From contig OY762280.1 of the NCBI GenBank assembly GCA_963665525.1, forward strand, positions 3,948,084-4,012,083: DNA of 64,000 bases. Direction: 5' to 3'. The notes beneath the pieces were generated by a model. It saw only the letters and a list, made by a program, of their open reading frames with translations, searched no databases and had not been told where the DNA came from. Shown in pieces: positions 48,444 to 56,038 of the stretch (position 1 is the first letter of the stretch; every line of letters starts with the position of its first letter). The DNA comes from Bacteroidales bacterium (GTDB lineage Bacteria > Bacteroidota > Bacteroidia > Bacteroidales > UBA12077). Both the position numbers and the translations under genes were made by a program.

Positions 48444-48947
48444 TTAACCTCCACAGCCTCCGCTCGATTCTTCTTTTTTAGGTTCTGCAACAGGTGCAGC
48501 TTCACCCATTCCTTGTTCAACTAATTCAGGATAAGTTGCTTCCCAATCGAACCAGCTAAAATCAAGCAAATAACAATCGGAATATTTTAATAATTCCAGA
48601 GATTGAACAGCTAATGCACCGCTACCCATTTCGTTACCAATTACTAAAGTTTTTATTCTACGATTTGATATTTTACCCGAGAATTCCAGTAATCCGCGAG
48701 GAATATGAATTGATCCCGGAATGTGGCCAAGTATAAAATCATAATCTTCGCGACAATCAACAATTTGAATCTCAGTGTGATTATCAATTAGATTTTTTAA
48801 TTCTTCCATGCCCAATGTTTTGATTTCTGCTTTTGCAGCAGCTATCATATCATCTACATTTTCATAAACTGTATTATCTTTCTGAACACAGCTTGATAAT
48901 AAGATGATTGACAATAAGGTCGGAAAAATGAATTTTATAAATCTCAT
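48444..48947 (-). CDS. Rhodanese-domain lipoprotein without active-site Cys, ending in GGCGG
   Basis: It has the lipobox LLSSC and a rhodanese core (IVDCREDYDFILGHIPGSIHIPRG). The active-site loop reads LVIGNEMGSGALA, with no Cys. A Pro/Glu/Ala linker follows, then the C-terminal SSGGCGG and a stop. Confidence 0.8.
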   Translation of the reverse strand: MRFIKFIFPTLLSIILLSSCVQKDNTVYENVDDMIAAAKAEIKTLGMEELKNLIDNHTEIQIVDCREDYDFILGHIPGSIHIPRGLLEFSGKISNRRIKTLVIGNEMGSGALAVQSLELLKYSDCYLLDFSWFDWEATYPELVEQGMGEAAPVAEPKKEESSGGCGG

Positions 48948-48958
48948 AATTACTTATT

Positions 48959-49765
48959 TTATAATTTCCATTCGTTGTATGCTCCGTCGTAAACTTTTAC
49001 GTTAGGATACTCAAGAACTGAAGTTAATGCAAGATATACTATCCCGGCTCTTACGCTGGTTGCACAGTAAAGAATAATTTCTTTGTCTTTGGTAATACCT
49101 GCACCATTAAATAATGCTTGTAAATCTTCTTTTGATTTAAGTTTACCGCCATCGGCTAAAACATTTTTATACTCTAAGTGCTTAGCACCTTCGATGTATC
49201 CTTCTGCCCATTCTGTATCGTCTCTAACATCAACAAGAATAGCCGACTTTAATTTAGATTTTACATAAGCTTTATCGGCAAAGATTTTAGCATTTACTTT
49301 AGGAGTAAATGTTACAGCAGCTTTTTTTGTTGCAGCATTTGTAACTGGACCTCTTGCGGTTCTCCATGCTTGCATATGACCATCCATAACTTTCACATCG
49401 TTGAATCCTAAATATTTTAGAATCCAGTATAAACGGCCTGCACCTTTATTTGAACCTGTATCGTAAATGATGATTTTTTTAGCTGGATCAATTCCTTTTT
49501 CTCCTAAGATAGTAGCTAGTTCAGCTGGAGATTTAAGAATTCCTTTAGGATCAGTTGTGCTTGCTAAGTCGTTAATGTTCACATTAACCGCATTTCTGAT
49601 ATGCACTTTTGCATAATCGGCTGGAGTTCTAGTAGATACAATAACAGCATCTTTGCTATTCACTAATTTCTTAGCTTCGGCAGCAGAAATTAAATCCTGA
49701 GCAAAAGAAAGATTTGCGAATATAGCTACTAATAAAAGACTAAATAATATGTTTTTTAATTTCAT
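48959..49765 (-). CDS. Secreted two-domain rhodanese (thiosulfate sulfurtransferase type)
   Basis: It has a signal peptide (LSFA|QD). The N-domain loop IYDTGSNKGAGR is inactive (Asp in place of Cys). The C-domain loop LYCATSVRAG is active. Confidence 0.9.
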   Translation of the reverse strand: MKLKNILFSLLLVAIFANLSFAQDLISAAEAKKLVNSKDAVIVSTRTPADYAKVHIRNAVNVNINDLASTTDPKGILKSPAELATILGEKGIDPAKKIIIYDTGSNKGAGRLYWILKYLGFNDVKVMDGHMQAWRTARGPVTNAATKKAAVTFTPKVNAKIFADKAYVKSKLKSAILVDVRDDTEWAEGYIEGAKHLEYKNVLADGGKLKSKEDLQALFNGAGITKDKEIILYCATSVRAGIVYLALTSVLEYPNVKVYDGAYNEWKL

Positions 49766-49776
49766 AATTTCGTTTA

Positions 49777-50823
49777 TTAAAATTTAACCTGAACTTGCAA
49801 TACAACCTGATCGTTAGGAATTTCTAAAGCTTGTTCTGCTTTGTATCTGTAATTTAATTGAACACGTGTCCAATCGTTTAAGAAATAGTTTAATCCAAAT
49901 GTCATGATTGTTTCAGAGTTGTCGTCGATATCTACGTCAGAATCAAAGCATTCAAATTTGAATACTGGTTGTAAATTCCATCTTGTAGTATACATTGCCT
50001 GTGCAAAATAACCGCTACGAGTTACACCACCAGTATGATATTCGATTGGTGTACCATCGCAACCACCACCAGTTGTGTAATCGCCAGTATCATCGGCCCA
50101 AAGATATTCTGCCTGAAATAAGAAATTTCCGGTTTTTATTTGTACTTCGCCACCTAAACGAGTTTTCTCGTTATCTTCTTCGGCACCTGTTTTACCATAG
50201 GCAAAACTACCGCCTACCTGAAGAAAATCAACAGGAGCAAATGTTAATCTTCCTTTTATACTTTTAGCTTTGTTTTCATCTTCGAAACCTTTTTCATAAT
50301 CATTCATTAAAGCTAAATAGTAGTTGATTTTAGAGTCGAGAAGACTACCAAAAACCATAGCTCCCATATCGCGTTGCGGACCTGCTAGTTCGTCAACAGC
50401 TTTTGAACGATAGATAGTATGAAGAGACTGACAAGGTGTGTTTTGCTCTAAACTTAATGGCGATTTAAACTGACCAAAGCTTATTTTGGCAAAATCGTAT
50501 CGTGAATAAGTCACAAATGCATCTAGTAACCATGGCGATCCTGATTTGAATCGAGAGAAATCAACCATGAAGAAATAACTTACATCGTAAGGAATATTTC
50601 CAACTGCAGCTATTCTTGCACGGTTAAAGGTAAAGCTGTTAGCATCTTTACCATCGGTAGTTTGATAATATTCCCACTGTGGCTGAATGTAACCTTTAAT
50701 GCTTACTCCTTCGTCGGAAGAAGCTTCCATACATCCTTGTGCAGAAACAAGCTGTGTAGATGTTAATACCACAAGAATTGAGAGGCTAAATATTGATAAT
50801 ATCTTTTTAATCATTTTTTTCAT
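49777..50823 (-). CDS. Outer-membrane porin, phosphate-selective porin O/P-like family
   Basis: It has a signal peptide (LVSA|QG), an N-terminal FTFNRARIAAVGNI block like the porin O/P family, a beta-strand periodicity and the C-terminal ...VLQVQVKF. Confidence 0.75.
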   Translation of the reverse strand: MKKMIKKILSIFSLSILVVLTSTQLVSAQGCMEASSDEGVSIKGYIQPQWEYYQTTDGKDANSFTFNRARIAAVGNIPYDVSYFFMVDFSRFKSGSPWLLDAFVTYSRYDFAKISFGQFKSPLSLEQNTPCQSLHTIYRSKAVDELAGPQRDMGAMVFGSLLDSKINYYLALMNDYEKGFEDENKAKSIKGRLTFAPVDFLQVGGSFAYGKTGAEEDNEKTRLGGEVQIKTGNFLFQAEYLWADDTGDYTTGGGCDGTPIEYHTGGVTRSGYFAQAMYTTRWNLQPVFKFECFDSDVDIDDNSETIMTFGLNYFLNDWTRVQLNYRYKAEQALEIPNDQVVLQVQVKF

Positions 50824-50832
50824 ATTTTTAAT

Positions 50833-50866
50833 TAAAAAATAAGCTAAGTAGCTTTTGCTACCCAGC
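50833..50866 (-). terminator. Intra-operon terminator/attenuator-like hairpin (minus strand)
   Basis: The minus-strand RNA reads gcugggtagc-aaaa-gcuacuuagc, a 10-bp stem with two G-U pairs, followed by uuauuuuuu. On the plus strand the same positions would be A-C mismatches. Confidence 0.45.
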
Positions 50867-50877
50867 TTAAATATTTT

Positions 50878-51843
50878 TTATTCTAATGGTAAGTCAGTAA
50901 TTGCTGTAGCATCCCACTTGTGTGAAGTAAGATTATCATAAATCATACTATTAACACCATTTTTTAAACTGTGTGGAGTATAACCTAATACATATAAATA
51001 AGCTGTTACCATTGAAGAAGTTTGTCCTGTCCAGCAATATGTTACCACATCTTTTGATGGATCAAGATACATATATTCTCCACCAGCTAATGTTAAAGGC
51101 TTAATTCGGTATGCACCAGAAATGTGTCCGTAAGTTGTAACATCAGCCGCATCCCAGAAATTATTTACATAGTAACTTCCTGGACTAGCTAATACGTCAG
51201 ACCCAGCAACACCTTGGAAACCAGCTGTTAATAATGCAGTAACTCTTGCGGCAAGAATTTCAGCACCTGTTCCTGTAGTTGTAATATCAGGATCGTCGAA
51301 TTGAGTAGTTTGAGTACTTACAGCACCAGGAGCAGCAATCCAGTTAGGGCTATCAATTGTATTACATGAACCACTCCATGAGTCAAGGCTGGTATGCCAT
51401 CCACTCATTCCCCATTTTAATACTTTGGCATCAGTATAACCGCTTAAACGTAAAGCAACGGTTCCATGTCCTGCTCCTTGTCCGCTATAACAAACAACAA
51501 TAATTGGTTTTCCGGCAGCATTACCTGCTTCGGTAACAATATTACCTAAAGTTGAATTTACTGCTCCAGGAATATGACTTGTGTTATATGCGTCAGAAGA
51601 TCTGATATCAATTATATAATAAGAGCTTAGGTTATCTTTTATAGCATCAGCAGTAGTGATCCAGTCAGTTAGTATATTATCCAAATCCAAATCGTTAGCT
51701 ACTAAGTACTCTTTTAGAATCTGAAATTCAGTGTCGGTTTGACGGTCTGGAGTTGCATCGTCATCACTGTCGTCTTTACAAGATGTTAAAACAAATGCAG
51801 GAATAATTAAAATTAATAATGCGTACTTTAAAAACTTTTTCAT
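50878..51843 (-). CDS. Lipoprotein with two rhodanese-like domains and an acidic post-Cys tract
   Basis: The lipobox VLTSC is followed by KDDSDDDATPD. Two rhodanese modules carry the loops VVCYSGQGAGHG and TYCWTGQTSS. I chose the ATG at 51843, because the longer ORF overlaps the upstream gene. Confidence 0.8.
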   Translation of the reverse strand: MKKFLKYALLILIIPAFVLTSCKDDSDDDATPDRQTDTEFQILKEYLVANDLDLDNILTDWITTADAIKDNLSSYYIIDIRSSDAYNTSHIPGAVNSTLGNIVTEAGNAAGKPIIVVCYSGQGAGHGTVALRLSGYTDAKVLKWGMSGWHTSLDSWSGSCNTIDSPNWIAAPGAVSTQTTQFDDPDITTTGTGAEILAARVTALLTAGFQGVAGSDVLASPGSYYVNNFWDAADVTTYGHISGAYRIKPLTLAGGEYMYLDPSKDVVTYCWTGQTSSMVTAYLYVLGYTPHSLKNGVNSMIYDNLTSHKWDATAITDLPLE

Positions 51844-51878
51844 AGTATTATAAATTTTGGTTAGTATTTTCTTATTTA

Positions 51879-52355
51879 TTATCCTCCACAACCACCTGAC
51901 TCAGGTTGCTTAGTAATAGCAGGGGCTCCGCCTGAAAATTTCATCCAACCACCTTTAAGGTTAGATATATTTTCGAATCCCAATTTTTGAAGTGATTTTG
52001 CAGCAAGAGCACCACGGCCACCTACTTTGCAATACACAATAATTTTATCAGTTTTTAGAGGGGTGTACATGAATTGCTCTTCCCAGAAATATTCATCAAG
52101 AATAAGGAATTCTAATTCACCACGAGGAATAGAGAATGATCCCGGAATATTTCCTGCTTCGTATTCGGAAGGTTGTCTTACATCTATTAAAAGGAATTCT
52201 TCTCCATTATCAATCATCGATTTTAAAGTATCGACAGATATTTCATTTATTTCGGTTGCAACAACACTAGCTAATTCTTTACCATCTTCATATATGGCAG
52301 TACAAGAAGAAAACAAGAAGATGAGCAGTGCTGCGATTGATATATTAAATTTCAT
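51879..52355 (-). CDS. Rhodanese lipoprotein with intact active-site Cys, ending in GGCGG
   Basis: It has the lipobox LFSSC, the core LIDVRQPSEYEAGNIPGSFSIPRG and the active loop IVYCKVGGRGALA. The C-terminus reads ...APAITKQPESGGCGG followed by TAA. Confidence 0.85.
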   Translation of the reverse strand: MKFNISIAALLIFLFSSCTAIYEDGKELASVVATEINEISVDTLKSMIDNGEEFLLIDVRQPSEYEAGNIPGSFSIPRGELEFLILDEYFWEEQFMYTPLKTDKIIVYCKVGGRGALAAKSLQKLGFENISNLKGGWMKFSGGAPAITKQPESGGCGG

Positions 52356-52381
52356 AATTTTGTTTTTAATAGTTTCAATAA

Positions 52382-53596
52382 TTAAAAAGCACTGAATTTT
52401 CCTGTGCGTTCATTCCACTTAACAAATACATACCATATTAGTATTACTACAAGAACTAGAATAAAAGCTCCAGCATAGCCTAAATAGTCAGGCAAATAAT
52501 TTTTGAACTTCATTGTATGAGGGAGTGCATCAACGATTGCAGGAACAATATATTTTTTAGAAATAGGGGATACAAGTAAGAATCCTAATGCAGCCATCCA
52601 TAATTTAACCTGCCCTTCGCCTACACGCCAAAGTGTTCCAACGGCACATCCTCCGGCAACAGTCATTCCTAATCCAAAAATAAATCCTCCTAAAAGACCA
52701 CGTAACCAGAAATGTCCAAAAACCCAGGTCATTTCACGAGCACGAATAGTAGCATCGCCTGCACCAATACCAAAATATTTAATGGCAGTGAAACCTATTA
52801 ATGTAATAACTAAACCGGCCATTACTCCAACAGAACCATCGCTTTCGCCTGTCATAAAAGGATCGCGGAATGCTTTAACGATACAAAAGCGTGATCGTTG
52901 GCAAATGAGTCCCATTAATAATCCTGAAATTATAAACCAGGCTAATACGCCATTGGTTCCGGCAACTCTATATGCAAGAACAAAAGTTCCGATAGAAACG
53001 ATCCATCCTAACCAGATTTGCCATTTTCCTGTTTTTTCTGATGCAGCAAGGAAAGTAAAACTTTTACCTGTGCTAAAAGAAGGGAACTTTTCCATTTCCC
53101 AAAGCAAGTATTTAAGAGCAATTATAGTACCAGCAAAAAGTCCTATAGTAAAAATAATTGCTCCACCTGATAATGCTGGGACACCCGAGAAAAATGAACC
53201 AATTGTACAACCTAATCCCAGAGTTGCTCCAATAGCCATTAATGCACCTCCAATAAATCCTTTTATTAATTCTCCTTTAGGAGGTATTCGTAAGGCAAAT
53301 TCTTTTGAGAAGAGAGCTCCGGCAAATGATCCTAAAACCAGTATCAGGCAAAGCATACCATAAAGACTGGTACTTGTAGGTGCAGCATTTTCAAAAGCAG
53401 AAATACCCAGGAGCTTAAAAATATTCTCACCCCAGTTATTAATACCACCACTAGCACCCCAAGGACTTTTTACGGTAAATAGTAAAATGTTTAGTAGTCC
53501 CAGAGTAACACCACCAACCCATACTGGCCAGTGTTTGGCGAAAAAAATATTAAATAATTCGCGAAGTATTCCTGGCTCTTTTTGTTGATCAGCCAT
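52382..53596 (-). CDS. YeeE/YedE-family sulfur-compound (thiosulfate-type) transporter
   Basis: 404 aa and polytopic. It has the repeated Cys-containing motifs LGLGCTIGSFFSG, GLICQRSRFC and VAGGCAVGTLWRVGEG that are characteristic of YeeE/YedE. Confidence 0.9.
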   Translation of the reverse strand: MADQQKEPGILRELFNIFFAKHWPVWVGGVTLGLLNILLFTVKSPWGASGGINNWGENIFKLLGISAFENAAPTSTSLYGMLCLILVLGSFAGALFSKEFALRIPPKGELIKGFIGGALMAIGATLGLGCTIGSFFSGVPALSGGAIIFTIGLFAGTIIALKYLLWEMEKFPSFSTGKSFTFLAASEKTGKWQIWLGWIVSIGTFVLAYRVAGTNGVLAWFIISGLLMGLICQRSRFCIVKAFRDPFMTGESDGSVGVMAGLVITLIGFTAIKYFGIGAGDATIRAREMTWVFGHFWLRGLLGGFIFGLGMTVAGGCAVGTLWRVGEGQVKLWMAALGFLLVSPISKKYIVPAIVDALPHTMKFKNYLPDYLGYAGAFILVLVVILIWYVFVKWNERTGKFSAF

Positions 53597-53605
53597 TTTT
53601 ACCTC

Positions 53606-53836
53606 CTACTTTTTTTGTATTAGAAACCTGAAAACACCATTTTCAACTTCACCTTCTTCAAGTAAAGCGTTTCCTGTTTTTTCACACCATTTTGGTAGGT
53701 CTGATTTTGTTCCAGGATCGGTTCCTAACATTTCAAGCACATCTCCAGAACCTAATCCTTTAATTGCTTTTGCCAGTTTCATCATTGGCATAGGACATGA
53801 AAGCCCTTTTACGTCTAATGTTTCTTTAATTTCCAT
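53606..53836 (-). CDS. TusA-family sulfurtransferase (first copy, paired with YeeE)
   Basis: 76 aa with the motif LDVKGLSCPMPMMKLAKAI (CPxP). It lies 9 nt upstream of the YeeE gene. Confidence 0.9.
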   Translation of the reverse strand: MEIKETLDVKGLSCPMPMMKLAKAIKGLGSGDVLEMLGTDPGTKSDLPKWCEKTGNALLEEGEVENGVFRFLIQKK

Positions 53837-53954
53837 ATCAATAAAATTTAGTGATTATTTCGTTGGAGTAAAGGTTGTTAATTAATTAACACAAGTAAAG
53901 AAAACCTTTGTGATGTTCATCCAGTATAAATCATGAGATTGGGTAGCAAGAAAA

Positions 53955-53968
53955 CTGATTTAGATCAA
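53955..53968. promoter_or_regulatory. Candidate Crp/FNR-type operator (cTGAT-N4-ATCAA)
   Basis: CTGATTTAGATCAA matches 9 of 10 positions of TTGAT-N4-ATCAA. It lies in the divergent region between the sulfur operon (ATG at 53836) and the Crp/Fnr gene (ATG at 54026). Confidence 0.4.
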
Positions 53969-54025
53969 CTTTTTTGCTGATTTATTGTTATATTTATATC
54001 ATTAAAGCCTATTAATGTTGTACTT

Positions 54026-54721
54026 ATGGAAAAGATATCTGCTTTAAATAGTTGTACAGTAAGCAATGCAAAATGTATTTGTTTTGATTTATTGACGCCA
54101 GAACAAAGAGAATTGATTGAAAAAAATTCGATTGATGTTCGATATAAGAAAGGTGAAGTAATTTGTAAACATGGTACTTTTGCTCCACATGTTATTCTAC
54201 TTAAAGAGGGCTTGGCAAAAATTTATTTAGAGGGTTTAAATGATTCCTTAATCTTAAAAATAATTACTTCGGGTAATTTAATTGGGTTAACTTCTGTTAT
54301 GGAAGATAATAATGTGTTTCATTATTCAGCATCGGCATATGTTGATTCTTCTGCCAGCTTAATAGATATCAATATCTTTAGAAAAATTCTTAAAGAAAAT
54401 GCCGAATTTGCAAATTCGGTAATAAATATTTTATGTGAAAATTCCTTACAAACTTTCGGAAGATTTTTCTGCTTAACACATAAACAACTATATGGTAGAA
54501 TGGCAGATATTATCTTATGTTTATCTGAAAGAATCTTTAAAGAAAAAAGTTTTGTTTTAAATCTTACAAGAAAAGAGCTGGCTGAATTAACAGGGATGTC
54601 AACGGAAAGCGTTATACGAATGCTTAAGAAATTTAAAGATGACGGAATAATAGAACTGCAAGGAAAGGAAGTCGTTATTTCAAATTATGATTTATTGCGT
54701 AAGATTAGCGAATATGGATAA
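54026..54721 (+). CDS. Crp/Fnr-family transcriptional regulator
   Basis: It has a cNMP-binding-like beta-barrel and a C-terminal HTH (TRKELAELTGMSTESVIRMLKKF). The N-terminus carries the Cys residues CTVSNAKCIC. Confidence 0.9.
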   Translation: MEKISALNSCTVSNAKCICFDLLTPEQRELIEKNSIDVRYKKGEVICKHGTFAPHVILLKEGLAKIYLEGLNDSLILKIITSGNLIGLTSVMEDNNVFHYSASAYVDSSASLIDINIFRKILKENAEFANSVINILCENSLQTFGRFFCLTHKQLYGRMADIILCLSERIFKEKSFVLNLTRKELAELTGMSTESVIRMLKKFKDDGIIELQGKEVVISNYDLLRKISEYG

Positions 54722-54724
54722 TAT

Positions 54725-55417
54725 CTATCCATTTTTACTTATCTCTTTTAGTAGTTCCAGGTTTAAGATCTTTATTTTTTTACCCTTTAGCTGAATAATT
54801 TTTTCATCATTAAATTCTGATAATATTCGGGCAACACTTTCAATGGCCATTCCGGAAAGCTCGGCTAAATCTTTTCGATTAACATATGAAAATACATCAA
54901 TTGATTTAAACTCTTCTCTGTTTAAGTATAATAATACATTAGCTAATTTTCCATTTAATTGTTTTAAACCAAGGTTTAAACATTTGGTTAACATAATATT
55001 GTAGTTTTTACAATACCAACTTGCTAATTCGCGAGAAAAATCGCAGCTCATAGAGATTAAGTCTTTAATGGCATTTTGATTAATTGCACATACTTTTGTT
55101 TCAGTAATTGCAGCTGCTGAGAAATAATAGGAATCGTCGCCGTATAAAGAGGTTAATCCAATAAAATCATGCGGTTTTAGTAGTTTGATGATAATATTTT
55201 TACCGGGACCTTCGATGTATACTTTTACTAATCCATTAAGAACATATAAAATATCAGATACACGTGTGCCTTCTTTAATTATTGTTTCTCCTTTGTTATA
55301 TGTAACATGGGTTTTGACTAGATTATTAAACTCATCAATTATTTCAATATCCTGGATAAAACATTCCGATTTTCTGTTGCAATCTGTACAGTTAGTTTTT
55401 ATTAAATATCTGTCCAT
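54725..55417 (-). CDS. Crp/Fnr-family transcriptional regulator (paralog, convergent)
   Basis: It has the same architecture, with the HTH NRKDLAELSGMAIESVARILSEF and the N-terminal Cys cluster CTDCNRKSEC. Confidence 0.9.
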   Translation of the reverse strand: MDRYLIKTNCTDCNRKSECFIQDIEIIDEFNNLVKTHVTYNKGETIIKEGTRVSDILYVLNGLVKVYIEGPGKNIIIKLLKPHDFIGLTSLYGDDSYYFSAAAITETKVCAINQNAIKDLISMSCDFSRELASWYCKNYNIMLTKCLNLGLKQLNGKLANVLLYLNREEFKSIDVFSYVNRKDLAELSGMAIESVARILSEFNDEKIIQLKGKKIKILNLELLKEISKNG

Positions 55418-55494
55418 TTTAACAGTGGGGTTTAAATAATAAATTGATAGTTGCAGTATATAAAGATATAAAATATTATGAAAAAATATGGAAG

Positions 55495-55529
55495 GGAATA
55501 AAAAATGGAAATCTATCTGATTTCCATTT
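55495..55529 (-). terminator. Rho-independent terminator after the 160-aa hypothetical gene
   Basis: The perfect 10-bp stem aaatggaaat / atttccattt has a 7-nt loop and is followed on the minus strand by a T-run. Confidence 0.6.
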
Positions 55530-55558
55530 AATATAAAGATTAAAAACAGGGAATTCTA

Positions 55559-56038
55559 CTACAGAGTGAATTCTAGCGGAATATCTTTTTTTGAATTAGA
55601 AAGCATTTTGTTTAAGATCGCTTCTTCTTGGTGAGTTTTTTTCAGCATATAGTAGAAAACATTAGCTACAGTTTCGCTTAATTCATTTTCCGAAGCTAAG
55701 ATATTGTAAAGCTTGATTAGACAATTATCAAAATGCAATTTAATATCGATTAATTCTGTCATGGATAAATTTGGTCCTGTTTTGATGTTTGTAAAACATT
55801 CATTTATTTGATCCGATAATTTTTCACAGGGGAAACATAACCAGCAGTTCATTACTTCCGCTACTTTTTTATGTTTTTCTAAATAGATTTCTCGAGATTT
55901 CTCATGTTGAAACAAATCATAAATCAATGATTTCATTTCTTGGTCCTCTATCTTTTCATAAATATTAAGATATAAATTAGCTAATTGTTTATGATAAGAT
56001 TGGATTTTTTCTATAATCTTACTTTTTTGTTTATACAT
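55559..56038 (-). CDS. Hypothetical helical protein
   Basis: The ORF has good coding character. I chose the ATG at 56038 (MYKQKSK...). It contains CWLCFPCEK. I recognise no family. Confidence 0.5.
   Translation of the reverse strand: MYKQKSKIIEKIQSYHKQLANLYLNIYEKIEDQEMKSLIYDLFQHEKSREIYLEKHKKVAEVMNCWLCFPCEKLSDQINECFTNIKTGPNLSMTELIDIKLHFDNCLIKLYNILASENELSETVANVFYYMLKKTHQEEAILNKMLSNSKKDIPLEFTL

Noticed and set aside
48444-52355. The idea that the two GGCGG-ending proteins are SoxY homologues and that the cluster is a Sox system.
   Set aside because: Their bodies are rhodanese domains (the IPG..IPRG blocks and the active-site loop position), not the SoxY Ig-like fold. No soxZ, soxA, soxX, soxB or soxCD gene is present. 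Only the C-terminal pentapeptide is shared.
52782-53363. A 193-aa plus-strand ORF lying inside the YeeE/YedE gene.
   Set aside because: It is fully antisense to a strongly recognisable polytopic transporter CDS. Its Pro/Ile/Ala/Asn-rich composition is typical of a shadow frame, and I recognise no motif in it.
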